A stretch of DNA of 64,000 bases, counting the filler. It is 12 parts of 12 records of this genome, joined end to end, with 100 filler letters (N's around TTAATTAATTAA, not from the genome) between each part and the next. Parts side by side here need not be neighbours in the genome. Positions count along the whole stretch, not along the records: positions 31,603 to 37,961 come from SRR7504441_6623; positions 38,062 to 41,252 come from SRR7504441_6629; positions 41,353 to 49,864 come from SRR7504441_6633; 9 more parts are not named here. One strand, 5' to 3'. Shown here one piece after another: positions 35,101 to 47,400 of this stretch. The notes under the pieces are model-generated. The model saw nothing but the letters and a program-made list of their open reading frames with translations. It was not told the origin of the DNA and did no database searches. A program made the translations under genes and the position numbers. Each line of letters starts with the position of its first letter. Position 1 is the first letter of the stretch.

Positions 35101-37961
35101 GGCAGATCTAGCACCGCCTGTTGCTCCAACTGCTCGTCTGACAGCGTGCCGGTGCCAGGGATCAGGAACTCGGGCACTCGCTGCTGCTCATTCACTACCT
35201 GTAGCACTTGCTCCTGCCACTCGACCAACGTTTCGAGCGGCAGCCGGTCCCGAGCAACTGCCCTCTCAAACACCTTGGCGGCCAGCTCTGCAAACATCTG
35301 GTGCCCATGGTGTTCTTCCTGATTGAGCTCCTCGAAAGCCGCCTGGGCGGACTCGTTGACCAGTTTGTTGAGCACAGCCAGCTTCAGCGGGTCGAGAGCT
35401 CCAGCATCAGCAGGACCCAGGTCAGGCATGCTTCCATAAGTCATCAGCATTTGCTCCTTGAATGCAAGTACCTCGGGCTCGGCAGGCGGCAACTCTGACT
35501 GCTCGTCAGGCTGGGCTTCACTCTCGCTACCATTCATCCCACCAAATCTGAGCGCCACTTGTGTCTCCTTGAGGTTCGTGCACAGTCTTTCCAAGAAGTA
35601 CATTACAGAGCATGAGAGCACCCGTCCTTTCGGGATCTGAGCCAGCCGCTCTGCAGTCATGGTCTTGATAGCCACATCACACGCCACCAGCACATTCAAT
35701 AGGTAGGCTGAAGGCTGTGGCATGCAGAGCAGCGGCTCAAGCAATCGGAAGATCCTATCAATAGTCTCTACTACAAGCTTGTCGTCGTCGATTGCAAGCG
35801 AGGCCTCCAGCGCAATAGTCAGCCGCTTGCATGCCTCCAATCTGGTGATTTGCTGAACCAGTGGTGGCTGGTGGTACGGGTCTACTTCTATCTCGGTCCG
35901 TGGCTTGTTCGGGTTGAGAATCCGTCGGAGCGTGGCCTCAACCAGCATGTGCTCCACTCGGACCACATTACGCACCAAACAGGTAGGCGCATGCTTGACC
36001 TCGATCCTGTTGAGCTGCTCCATCTCCATTGGCGATCGGATCAACAGCGGGGCTCCACCCTCATACTTGCAGAACTTAGCCCCAAAGAGCTGGCCTGGGT
36101 GGTCCTCAAACCATTCCTTGGCCAGCGCGGCGTGCTGCTTTGAGCAGAAACTCATCAATAGCTTGTTCTGTCGCACAAAGAGTACCATCTTGTCAAACAC
36201 GATGTTATCTGGGCCAGGCGCGCCTGCCAGCTGCCACTGCTCCTTACGTTTGATCCCAACCAGCTCAAGCTCCTCCATCAAGTGTGCCTCAGACGGCACG
36301 TCGGTTAGATCGCTCAGCCATATCTGACTAGAGCTGCTCACATCTTTCTGCTTGAGCGCCTGCTGGAGAGCTGGCTGCCCAGCTGGGGCCATCTCAACAA
36401 ATGCGCGGTGGATCATCTCGGCTGACTTGAGCATCACACTCATGTACCTGGTGTTGAAGGCAGCCACACTCAGAGTGGATAGACATGCACTCACTGCCAG
36501 CGGTGAGAGCATGGTGACCGGCTGCGAGGTGGCTCCGATCCCTCCAATCTCAATCCCTTGGTTGTCGTACGCCACCACCGCAAATAGGTATGACTCGTGT
36601 GGGGATAATCCGGTGGCAGTCAGCTTGACTGGGCCGGACCCAGCCGGCACCTTGACCCCCATCCCCGGGGCCTGCTGGTCGTTCAGCGAGACATCCACTC
36701 CGGTCCCAAACTGCTTCCCGAACAAAGCGTATGCGTGCACTGCCCGACCGTCGCTTGATGCAAACGGGCGCGGCTCCATGCAGACAGTGGTGCCGCTCCG
36801 ACTGACCAGCCGCGGGGCAGGCGGGCGCGATCCAGTGGTACTTGTCGGTCGGGACCTTGACCACCCAAGCAGTTGCTTCTCGTCCGCCTGCGCCTGGCAA
36901 AGCAGCTGCCAGGCTCCATCGAGCATTTCCTTGTAGAACTGCTGGTCTCTGAACTCAGGCAGCTCAGCCGCCCGCGCGTGCCGGAACTGGGCAATCTGAA
37001 TGTAGAGCAGCGCCTTGTGATACGGTGAGTGTCTGCACTCGGCCAGGAGCGCTGTCTCTTTGGGCGAGTACCGCCGCTCGTCGAGGTCGACCTTCTCGCC
37101 GTTGGGCCCTAACACTACCATTTCCTTGACCTTGGGCGGCCGCTTGAGCCCTAGCTGGCTCGACACGTTGGACGCATTCGCGACCTTATCCGCTCCGGGC
37201 GCATTCTTGACCACAGGCTCAAGCTTGGCCAGGCTCAGTCCAGCTTCGAGCTCAAGTCTGAAGAGCAGCGACAGGCAGTCCACCTGCACACGGGTCAACT
37301 GGCCGCGGCTGGAGCCGGATGCACCTGGAAGTGGAGTAGAGTCTGGTCCTCGATCTCGGCCGGCCACTGGTATGGCAGCCCGGTCTGCTTGCTGCACTCG
37401 CGCAGGTCGGTGGTCATGCTCAGGATTGAATCGACCCCATCCATCGACACCTGGGAGCCCATCAGCCGCCGATGCTGCCCAATCAGTCCCAGCGCGCTGC
37501 GGAGTGTCTGGATCGCCCTTCGGTATTCCTTGGCCTGCTCCATGGCCATTGCCAGCCGGAGCCCACAGCCCACCACAAACAGAGTATCCGGGTACCGCAC
37601 AGCAATCAATGCGTTGAACGCAGTCTCTGCCAGGTTGTAAGGCGCAGTGGGTGGGGCCATTGGCCTTTTCTTCCAATCAAACATGTCACCCAGCAGCGTC
37701 TTCCAGTGTCGCTTCCGGCCACCCTGCTCACGGCTGGCCTGCTCGATCGCCCGCTTCTGCATGATCCACTCCTGGCCTTGCAGAGGCTCGTTCAGTACCA
37801 GCGAGTCCGCGACTGCCTCCCAGCAAAGCACCGCTGCGTCGCTCACAATCGCGCTGTCGCCATTATCAGTAGTCGATTCCGGGCTCAGCACCGCCAGCCT
37901 GGCCTCCAGCGCCGGCTCCATCAGCGAGCCATCCCCTTCCTTTATCAGCTTCCGGGCTGCC
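32187..37961 (-). CDS. CFAP54: CFAP54-like central-pair ciliary protein (5' truncated; contains an inverted block and probable deletions)
   Basis: LLFRLELEAG; Fn3-like YALFGK..VSLND..YLFAVVAYD..IGGIG.TS.P; LWLEARTRL; LLELSRLHG; IFNRELG..LHKWL; intron 37284-37324. Confidence 0.75.
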
Positions 37962-38061
37962 NNNNNNNNNNNNNNNNNNNNNNNNNNNNNNNNNNNNNNN
38001 NNNNNTTAATTAATTAANNNNNNNNNNNNNNNNNNNNNNNNNNNNNNNNNNNNNNNNNNNN

Positions 38062-39507
38062 CTCCGAGATCTCGGCTAGAAATGCTGCCTGGGCCGCCCC
38101 CAGCTGAGCAATCCCAGCCCATGCCAAACGAAGACGCTCATCGGGTGCCGCGTGTGGCGCGCGTGTGGCTGGTTCAAACGACTGTGTCCTATCGGCAGCC
38201 GCTCGAGAGAGCAAAAGCGATGCCTCGCGGTCGACAGCAGCATCAGGTGTCCTCTGGCTGGCCGCCTGACTGCTGATCAGCTCGCTGCAGATGCCGCAGA
38301 CTATGGTGCTCGTATTCCAGGTATGCACCAGCCGGCACAGGAGCTTGGCCCGTCGGACCCGAAGCGCCTCGACCAACGAGCGCAAGGCCAGTGCGCAAGA
38401 CAAGTCGGCAACTTCCTCCACCAGCCTTTGGACCGTTGCAGCGTGCGCCCAAGAAACCACCATCGCCGCAATGCCGCTGGATGTGATTCGTCTGAGTGCT
38501 CGTTGGACGCGCCTCAGTGCCGCACTCTGCCTTGTCGCCGTCTCTGAGCACCGGGCCGTTTCGACTAGCGACTCGTGCGGAGCTTTCACACTCTCAAGCT
38601 CAGCTGCGTGACTCTGCCGTTGAAACCTTGCCACCGCTGCTAGGCGCCACTGCGTAAACCCCTGGGCCATGCCTCGCGCTCTCAGACTCCTCACTACTCG
38701 CTCACCCAATGTGGTGGCGGCCTTCCTCTGGGCAGCTGCCTGCCGCAGGTTTGCCCATGTGCTAGTCAACCCTCGGTGCCGCACGCTGCTGGAAGCTACG
38801 CCTAATCTCAGCATGCCGCACCTACGGAGGCAGGCATGCGCCCACCATACACCGAGCGCGCCCGAAAGCTTCCGCTGGCACCACCAGTCGGCTGGCGGCG
38901 AGTCGGGCCGTGGGGTGTGCGAGTGGCTGGATAGAGCGGCCGTCTCCTCCCACGGTACCTCTTTCCATACAGCCTGCGGCCTCCCGACGGGTGCTGGCAC
39001 CACCTGGCGCTGTGTACAGGGCTGCTTGTGTGCGGCCGCTGTCACCCACCGGCTCCAGGCTCTCGCGACAGCCCGGTGCCTCATCCGCCCAACCGCCCCG
39101 GCGCACCGCCGCCAGACCCGGGCCCCAGCCTGCCACCTGCCGAACGCGCACGCCACGTACCGCTGCCGCATGGCGGCCAGGGCGTGCCCCAGCTGGACGC
39201 ACCGGGCTGGGTCGAGCTCCCACCATTCGCCTCCCAGCGGCTCGGCGGCCGAGGCGGCCCCGCGCTCTTGGCGCCGCCGGCGCGTCTCCTCCTTCCAACG
39301 GTCGAACCCGTCCCCCGCCGAGCAGAGCCCTGTGAGCTCGGGGTACGCGGCGTACGGTCGGCCAAGTTGGACCAGGTCGCGGGAGGCCGCCCCCGCCTCA
39401 AGCCACCGGTCGCGCCCGGCGCTGGCCGGTTTCGGCAGCTCGGCTCCGGCGGCTAGCTCGGTGTCCCTTTCTTTCCACCGCTCCTCGCTCTCGCCCCGCA
39501 ACTTCAT
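38062..39507 (-). CDS. Helical protein with Sfi1-like (AF/AW-xx-W) repeats, 3' truncated
   Basis: AFGRWQ, AWSRWV, ALGVWW, STWANL, GFTQWR, MVVSWA spacing. Confidence 0.55.
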
Positions 39508-39600
39508 TCAGCGCTTCAGGCGACCTGGCATTGGCAGCTCAACGCCTGGCCCATTTTTTAACGGCTCACCACGGATTCACTGTGCAACTCCAGGCCAGGC

Positions 39601-40803
39601 ATGACGCCGCTGGAGCGGGCGGCGAGGGCGCAGGTGGGCTCTGGGGGCAGCCCCGGGCCGAACGAGCTGGCTGCACTGCCGGATCTGGACGCCCGTGGCC
39701 CGGACCCGAAGGCCGACACGCTGCTCACCCTGGCGGCCCGTTCCGGCAACGGCGTGGCGCTGGCGGCTCTCCTCGATGCCAAGGCCGACCCGGCGGCCAC
39801 CAACAGGGGCGGGGCCACGGCGCTGTACATCGCTTCGCAGGAGGGCAACGTGGCGGCGGTGCACAGGCTGCTAGTGGCCGCTCCAGAGCTGGTCAACAGC
39901 CCGGACCAGCGCGGCTGGCCGCCGCTGCACGCGGCCTGTTGCGGCCAGGGCGACCCCACCCTGGTGGCGGCGCTGCTCGACGCCAAGGCCGAGACTGGGC
40001 GGCTTGCGGAGACGGGGGTGGCGCCGCTCCACCAGGCGTGCAACGGCGGGCGGTGGGCGGTGGCGCAGCTGCTGCTCGAGCGGTCGGAGGGCGCGGTGAA
40101 CCTGCGGGACTCCGCAGGGCTCACCGGGCTGCACGTGGCGGCGGTGCGCGATGAGGTCGCGCTGGTGGGGCTGCTGCTTGACTGGCGGGCCGACCTGAAT
40201 GGGCAGTCGCAGTCAGGCGCGACTGCGCTGGTGGCAGCGTGCCAGTATGGCGCGATGGGAGCCGCGGGCCGGCTGCTGGCTGCCGGGGCGGACATGGAGC
40301 TGGGATGCGACGAGCCGCTGTCCCGGCCGCTGCACGTTGCGCTGGCGCACGAGCGCACGGAGGTGGCCCGTTTGCTGCTGGCAGCTAGGGCGAGCTCTGG
40401 TGGGGCGGTTGAAGCGATTAGGGCCGCGGGGGCAGAGATGGGCCAGGCCGAGTGGCTGGACTGCGGGCCGCTCCATCTGGCCACTGCGCTGCCGGTCGAG
40501 CAGGTGGTTGGATTGCTGCGAGCTGGGGCTGACCTGCACGCTATGAGTGCGCTGGCTGGCACACCGCTGGAGGTCGCACAGAGAGCGGAGTATGCGCAGC
40601 ATTGCTGCTCAAAGCAGATAGTGGCCGCGGCTCAGCCGTGGAGCCCGGGCACGCATGGGCTGTTCCCTCGCCCGGCCCGGAGACTTGCGGTGCGGCTGGC
40701 GATGCTGCTGGCGCGGCTCCGGCGGTGCCATCACGAGGTGTGGAGTGCACTCCACTGGCCAGAGCTGGTGATACCGCACTGCGTCACACGGGACGCCGTT
40801 TAG
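39601..40803 (+). CDS. Ankyrin-repeat protein
   Basis: GATALYIASQEG, GWPPLHAAC, GVAPLHQAC, GLTGLHVAA, GATALVAAC; C-terminal PWSPGTHGLFP. Confidence 0.9.
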   Translation: MTPLERAARAQVGSGGSPGPNELAALPDLDARGPDPKADTLLTLAARSGNGVALAALLDAKADPAATNRGGATALYIASQEGNVAAVHRLLVAAPELVNSPDQRGWPPLHAACCGQGDPTLVAALLDAKAETGRLAETGVAPLHQACNGGRWAVAQLLLERSEGAVNLRDSAGLTGLHVAAVRDEVALVGLLLDWRADLNGQSQSGATALVAACQYGAMGAAGRLLAAGADMELGCDEPLSRPLHVALAHERTEVARLLLAARASSGGAVEAIRAAGAEMGQAEWLDCGPLHLATALPVEQVVGLLRAGADLHAMSALAGTPLEVAQRAEYAQHCCSKQIVAAAQPWSPGTHGLFPRPARRLAVRLAMLLARLRRCHHEVWSALHWPELVIPHCVTRDAV

Positions 40804-40976
40804 AAACCATCGCTTGTGTACTTCCTACGTAGAAAATAGGGTAAACCATCTAGAACACGAGCAGAATACAGTTATGTAATTCCGATACGTACCGAGCAGA
40901 TTACGTACAGTTGTTGACGTCGATCTTTGATCTGCAAATTCTCAAGCTACTGTGTTGGTGTTGCCTCTCCCATTTT

Positions 40977-41252
40977 CTACGACCACGCTATGCGCAAATT
41001 GTGCACACAATTGCCGTCACGATTGTTACAGTATGCGTAAGAAGTTTTGTACCCGGCCTCCTCCGCTAGCTTTTTCAGGGCATCCCTTGACGACATTACA
41101 CCACTGCAGTCGATCAATGCATCTGTCGCGCCCTGTTCCACGGCGGATACAACCGCCTCGTTCAAAAGCCGGGCAAGCCTCTGGTGCAGCGCCTGCTCTG
41201 CTCGTGCTTTGGCCTGGCTCGCCGTGATTATGGGCGGGGCCGGGTAGGGGTG
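40977..41252 (-). CDS. Small hypothetical protein C-terminus (5' truncated)
   Basis: Open frame IITASQAKARAEQ...AVEQG...LAEEAGYKT...LRIAWS. Confidence 0.5.
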   Translation of the reverse strand, partial: HPYPAPPIITASQAKARAEQALHQRLARLLNEAVVSAVEQGATDALIDCSGVMSSRDALKKLAEEAGYKTSYAYCNNRDGNCVHNLRIAWS

Positions 41253-41564
41253 NNNNNNNNNNNNNNNNNNNNNNNNNNNNNNNNNNNNNNNNNNNNTTAA
41301 TTAATTAANNNNNNNNNNNNNNNNNNNNNNNNNNNNNNNNNNNNNNNNNNNNTTGATTTTGTAGACAAAATAAAGAAGATTTAACCCTCCGGGTTTGGTG
41401 CTCCTCGGGCTTGGCGAGCGTAGCCTGAGCCGCCAGAATGGCCCGGCGCGACCCAAGCCCGTCCAGCAGCCCAGACAGCCAGCTGCACTCGCCGGTCGGC
41501 GCGGTGCCCCCCCCCCCGCGGCGGTGCCGGCAGCCCCGGGGGCTAGGTGGCCGGTGCTCCGGAG

Positions 41565-44246
41565 ATGGCAGGCTTCATGGACCCCGCCAGCCCCTCCCGC
41601 TGCCCGGGGCGGTGCGGGCTGCTGGCCGCCGTGCTGACCGGGGCGACCTGGCTGCTGCTGACGGGGGCGGCCTGGCGGACGGGCCTGCCCTTCTTCAGCG
41701 AGGTCGATATGACCGCAGAGCCGCCGGCCGGCAGCCCCACCGCCGCGGCCTTCCGGTTGTTCGGCCAGAGCTTCCCCTTGGTCGCCTCGCGCCGGTATCC
41801 GTTCCCGCTGCTCGTGCTGGTCAGCGGCGGCCCAACCCTCACCTTGGACGGGCTGGCCGGCCTGACTGCCACCGCCGCCGCTGCTATCGAGTGTCCGGCC
41901 GGCGGCTGGTGCCTCACCAACCAGCGGGCCGTCGACCGGGGCAGCTCCGGCCGGTTCTTCGAGGCGGTCCAGCACGCGCCTGGCTCGCCGCTGCGCCGGC
42001 CGGACGGGCGGCTGGCGGGGCTGCTGGTGCTGCCGCTTAACCGAGGGTTCCATATCAAAGGGATGCTAGCTGCGCTCCGGCGGGTCGAGGCCGACATGAG
42101 CGGCTGGTGCGCCGAGCGGGATTGCACCGTGGCGGCCACCAACGTGCAGCTGCTGCTCGATGACGCCAAGCACGGGGTGCTCGGGGCGATGGGCCAGAAC
42201 GAGCGGCTTACCGTGCCGTTCATCCTGCTGGTGCTCGGGCTGTCAGTCGGCTGGTGTGCCATCTTGATCTTAGCGACCTTGCCGGCATCGGCGCTGCTCT
42301 CGTTCGGGCTGCTCGGGCTGCCCAGCCGCTGGTACACATTCCCGGTCTACTCGCCGGCGGTCTACACCAGCATGCTGGTGGCTATTTCAGTTGACTATGG
42401 CCTGTTCCTGCTCAGCAGGTGGCGCGAGCAACTCACCGCCCAGCCTAACCCTCGTGCTCCCTCGTACGCCAACAGGATCCGGGCGGCCTGGCGGGCGGTC
42501 TGCTCTGCCGGCCGGGTGGTCGTCCTCTCAGGTCTGGTGCTGATCTGCTCCTTCCTAGCGCTGCTGCTCACAGATAACTCCGCCATTGCAGCCTTCGGGC
42601 TCGGTGGCGCGCTCGTCATGTGCTGCGCCGTGGTCTGTAATCTGACGCTGATACCGGCGCTGCTCGCGTTGCTGCCGCTCGACTGGCTGCTCGGACTGTG
42701 CACGGCGGCCACCAGCAAGACCTGGCTGATGCGCTCGCTCGACAGGGCACTCGGGGCTGTGGCCATCGTGTCGCACAAGAGGCCAGCCGTCACTGTGGTC
42801 GTGCTCATGCTGGCCGCGGCTCCCTTTTTAGCGCTGTGCACACAGCTGCGGTACTCGGTTGATGTCGGCCAGTTGGATCCCGCGGACTCGCCCTCGCTGG
42901 CCACCTCGTACGCAATCGAGGCTGCTGGGCTGAACGCTGGGGTCATGAGCCCATTCGAGCTGTTGTTGCTCTCGCCTGTGCCGGTCCCGCCCCACCAGCT
43001 GCACAAAGGTGCCCAGGCCGCCTGCCCAGGGCTGATTGGCCGGCAGCGGTCTCGTGCGTCACGTCTCAGGTGCTCGAGCTCGACTCAACTGCGGCCGTGC
43101 TGAGCTCTCTGCAGCCGGAGGTGCGTTTGATGCTGTTGCAGCAGGCTGACCGTGTTGCCAGTGGGGGCTGGCCGGGTCGGGTGTGGCCGTGTCGCAAGCC
43201 GAGCGATGGACTGACCCGGACACGAGTGAGTTTGACTCTCGGGCCGGCCGGGCTTACAGGGATAAGGCGGCCGAGTTTGTCGGCGGAGGGGCGGGCGTGA
43301 TGATACAATTGGAGATGGAGCTGATGGCGGGCAGCAGCGAGCAGAGCCGTTTGACCGAGCTCTGGCGACTCAACAGCACCGGGACTAGGATAGCAGTCGC
43401 GCCAAGGTTTTACCCACATAGCCCAGCAGCCAGTGTTTACATCACAAGGCTCCGTGCGGCGGTGGCCAATGGCGAGTGTGGGGTCTCAGTCTGGTTGCTC
43501 GGCGGCAACAGCGTCACCACTGAGCAAGCCGATGTGTTGTACGCCAATGTCTGGGTGCTGGTAGTGTGCACCGTAGTCGGAGTGATTCTAGTGTCGTTTG
43601 TGGCATTTCGATCGGTACTGCTCTCCCTCAGGCTGCTCGTAACTGTGTTCGTCACGCTGGCCTGGGTGGGCGGGCTTTGCCAGATCGTCTTCATGCAGTT
43701 GCTTGGGTGCGACGGGATCTACTACCTTGTGCCCATCTGTACCGCGCCTGTCGTAGTCGGGCTGACCATCGACTACGATTTGTTCCTGATCAGTCGCATA
43801 AGAGAGCTCAGAATGCAGGGGTTTTCGACCAGAGCGGCAGTGATCGAAGGGCTTGGGCTGACCGGAGGAGTTATCACATGTGCAGGTAACAGTGCGATGC
43901 CACCACGCCTGTATTTCCTGACCGTGTTATACAGGCGTCATCATGATTGCTGCCTTTGCATCAATGCTACTAGCAAACGAGAGGGTCTTGCAACAATTTG
44001 GATTTGTATTGTGTTCAGCTTCGTTCTTGGACTGCTTTGTGGTGCATGGCATTTACCTCCGCTGGCTAAAAAGGTGGGCAGGTCAGACCTTTCCTAGTTC
44101 CGGCACTTATGCTCGTTTTGGAAAATTACAACTGGTGGCCAGCCCGCATGCCTGCTGTGATGTATGACGAGATTAAGAGCCCTTTGGAAGAGCAAAATAT
44201 CGAAATGGAAACGATCAATAATAACAGTCGCGCTTCCGAATTATGA
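41565..44246 (+). CDS. MMPL/RND-family membrane transporter, 4 introns
   Basis: AISVDYGLFLLSRWRE, AGRVVVLSG, GLTIDYDLFLISRIRE, TGGVITCAGVIM, VRPFLVPALM..NWWP. Confidence 0.88.
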
Positions 44247-44431
44247 CGACCAGTATTATCAATTCTCATGCATTACTTGCAGCGGTGCCTTAACCTACCA
44301 GATTTCAGCCACATCCCCAGGGCGGAGCTGGCCGCCTTGTATGAATGCATTGCTTGTATTTGATAACTCCATTAACGGACCCTAAAGACCAAACAATCTG
44401 GATTTTATTTAGGCACGTATTCACCCTATAT

Positions 44432-47400
44432 TCACCCGTCGGTGAGGTTGTAGATCGCGCTCGTAGCGAGCTCTTCGTCGAGCTCCAAAGCTCTTCTAAA
44501 GTCCTCTAGAGCAAGCGCTGTGCTCGCGCTAGCTCGATGGACTTTCATGCGCAACAGGAGACACCGACCGTCAGGCATCAGCTTTAGGACCTGCACCAGC
44601 ACGAGCATTAGCCACGGCAATCGACCCGAAAGCACACACGTAGGGACACACCTGTTCACAGTCAGCCCTCGCTTGCTGGAGTCTACCGAGCTTCTCGCAG
44701 ACTACAGCTCGATTAAAGTGAGCCGGAAGGTCGTTTGGCCTGCAGTTGATTGCGCAACTGAAGTCATCGACAGCCTTCTGGAGCTTCGCATTCATGAACA
44801 AGCAAATCCCGCGGTTCAGAAAGGCGTCTGCATCATTTTCCTTGAGTGCCAGGCATCTGGTAAACTCCGAGACTGCCGACCGCCACTGGCGCCGGTGCAT
44901 GCGCAGGCGACCCAATGAGAATTGAGCATGATAAGATTCTGGATCAAGCCTGACAGCAGTCATTGCTTCACTTTGCATTGATGCAAACTCGTTCAAAGAT
45001 TCATAAATCAATGCCCGGGATGTGTGCAGCATTGCATTTATCTGACCAGTGTTTGTGCTGCGGCATTTCAGAGCTGTGCTAATATCTAAGAGCGCGTCTG
45101 AGGTCTTGCCACAGAGGAGATGAATTATGGCACGGCCCTCTAAAGCAATTGCATTCGAAGCGTCTCCTCTTAGCAGTGCCGTGAGGCAGCTACTTCCTAG
45201 TTCCAACTTACCTTCGAGCTGGCATACAAAAGCCAGATTGATCGCAGCGGATGATAACGTTGGTCTGATACGCAGAGCTGCCTGGAATGCACTCTTGCCA
45301 ACTTTAAGGAGCTCTGAGCTGTTGCCAGTGTTCTTGGCTTTCTCAAAGCACAAAACTCCATGACACAGCCGGAGGCTTGCCTCTCTAGGGTGGCGCTTGA
45401 TTGCAGACTGCACTGCGTCAAGCGCCCCATCCAACCGCCCGGCTGCCCTCAGAGCAAGACAGTGACCATACAGTAGCAGGACATCGCTCTCTGGGGCAAC
45501 GTGGTGCTTGATTGCACTGGATATATGCTCCAAGGATGCAGCGTGCTTGTTTTGACAGAGACAGATCAGCCCCATCTGTTTCAAGACCAGTGCCGGCATT
45601 TTGCATCCAGGGAGTGCTCTTTCGAAGTCAGCCATCGCTTCATCAAGCTGGTCCAGCATAAAATATGCAAGCCCACGATTGTAGAATGCGAGCCAATCTG
45701 CGCTGCCTCCGTCGATAGCTCTCGAAAGGTCGTCAATTGCAGTGGCGACGCATCCCTGCTTAAGCTTGAGTGCACCACGATTTATCAACGCGTATGTGCA
45801 AAAGGGTTCGTCTCCATGCTCAATGATGCGTGTAAAGAGCTGTTTGGCTTTGACATCATCTTCCCGGTGCTCATATATCCCAGCCAGTAGCAACATCGCT
45901 TCGGGAAAAGTGGTGCTGCTCAGCGTCAAGGCCGCGGTAAAATCCCTGAACCCACGATCTTCTATACCAGCTAGCATCTTCAACTTGCCTAACTCGCAGT
46001 GCAGGGCTGGATCTTCTCGGCGGATTGCAATAGCCCGATTCAAGGCGTGTACGGCCATTGAAAGTTCTTCATTTTCATAGGTGGCTTCAGAGCCCCCCTT
46101 GTGAATATATATCATCATGAGCGTTCTTGCACGACACATCCAGGTCTCGACACTGTAATTGCAAAGCTCAACGTCAGCTTCCATTGCACATTTCAGCTCC
46201 AGGCTAGCAGCATCTTCAGCTGCGACTCGAGCATGTTTGATCAGCACCTGTTTCTCATTGCTCGATTCTGCATGCACGATTGCGTGCAAGTATATGCTAT
46301 TCAACAAACAAAGATGCTCGGGACTGTTCTTATGTTGAATAGCTTGTTGAACCTCGACTGCAGCTCCGGCGAAGTTCTCTTGTAGCAGCTTGACCTTGGC
46401 CAGGTTGACTAACACACGAACCCTTTCTTCTGGAACCATGTCGCTGGACGTTCTTTTCATGTTCTCAAAGTAATATCCAAGCTGCTTAAGCGACAATTCA
46501 GGACGTTTAAGAGCAAACAAACAAACTGCTCTGATAGGAGGGGCTAGCATGCTGGCTGGACAGAGCATTGTAACGTAATTGGCGTCGTGTAGTGCAAGCT
46601 CATACTGTCTCAAAGCAATGTAGCACAGGGCCCTTGCATAATGGAGCTCCAAGGACGGACAAACAGAAGGGTCGCGCTTGCGTATAGTTTGGTTGCACAG
46701 TCGGAGTCCAGCATCCGCAGCACCAACCTGCGCCAGTAGCCCAGCAGCAAGCGCGTTGCGTTTCATGGCACTCGTGGCACCAGGTGCATACAAAGCGCTG
46801 GTAACAAGGTCTGTTATGGTTTGATTGTCCGGACCCCTCAGCCTGAGACTAATCAACCCTCGCAAATAAAACCCCAGAGATATTTTTTCGTCTGAGTTGT
46901 GTTTCCCCCGGTATTGCAGAAAGCAGTTGATGTCACTGAGCGCAGTACGGGGGCTGCACATGCGCAGCAGGCGTGCCCGGTGAAGATGAGCGTAGTGGAA
47001 ATTTGGGGCATGCTCGATAGCTTGTGAGTAGTCAGCAAAGGCTTGTGCGTACTCAGCAGCCTGGGCATGAAAGCGCCCTCGCAAAACTAGCAGAGGTGCG
47101 ATACAAATGACCCCTATTGCCTGCACAGTCTCGCTAACGATCGACAGGGCTGCTTTGATCAGATTCAATCCATCCACATACAGGCCTTCAGCACAGATGA
47201 GATCCCCAACTTCTTCAGCATGGTCTGGTGACCCAGGATGCTCGATCAGACAATGATACAAGTCCTGCATCCCCAAGCGGCCCAGACCTTGCGAGACCTG
47301 AAACAAACAAAGCTGGGCTCGGCTCACCGGAAAGGGCTCACCTCAGCAATGCATTTCGCCCGCCTGAGGTGCAGCATAGCGCGGTCTGCGCTGCCCTTGG

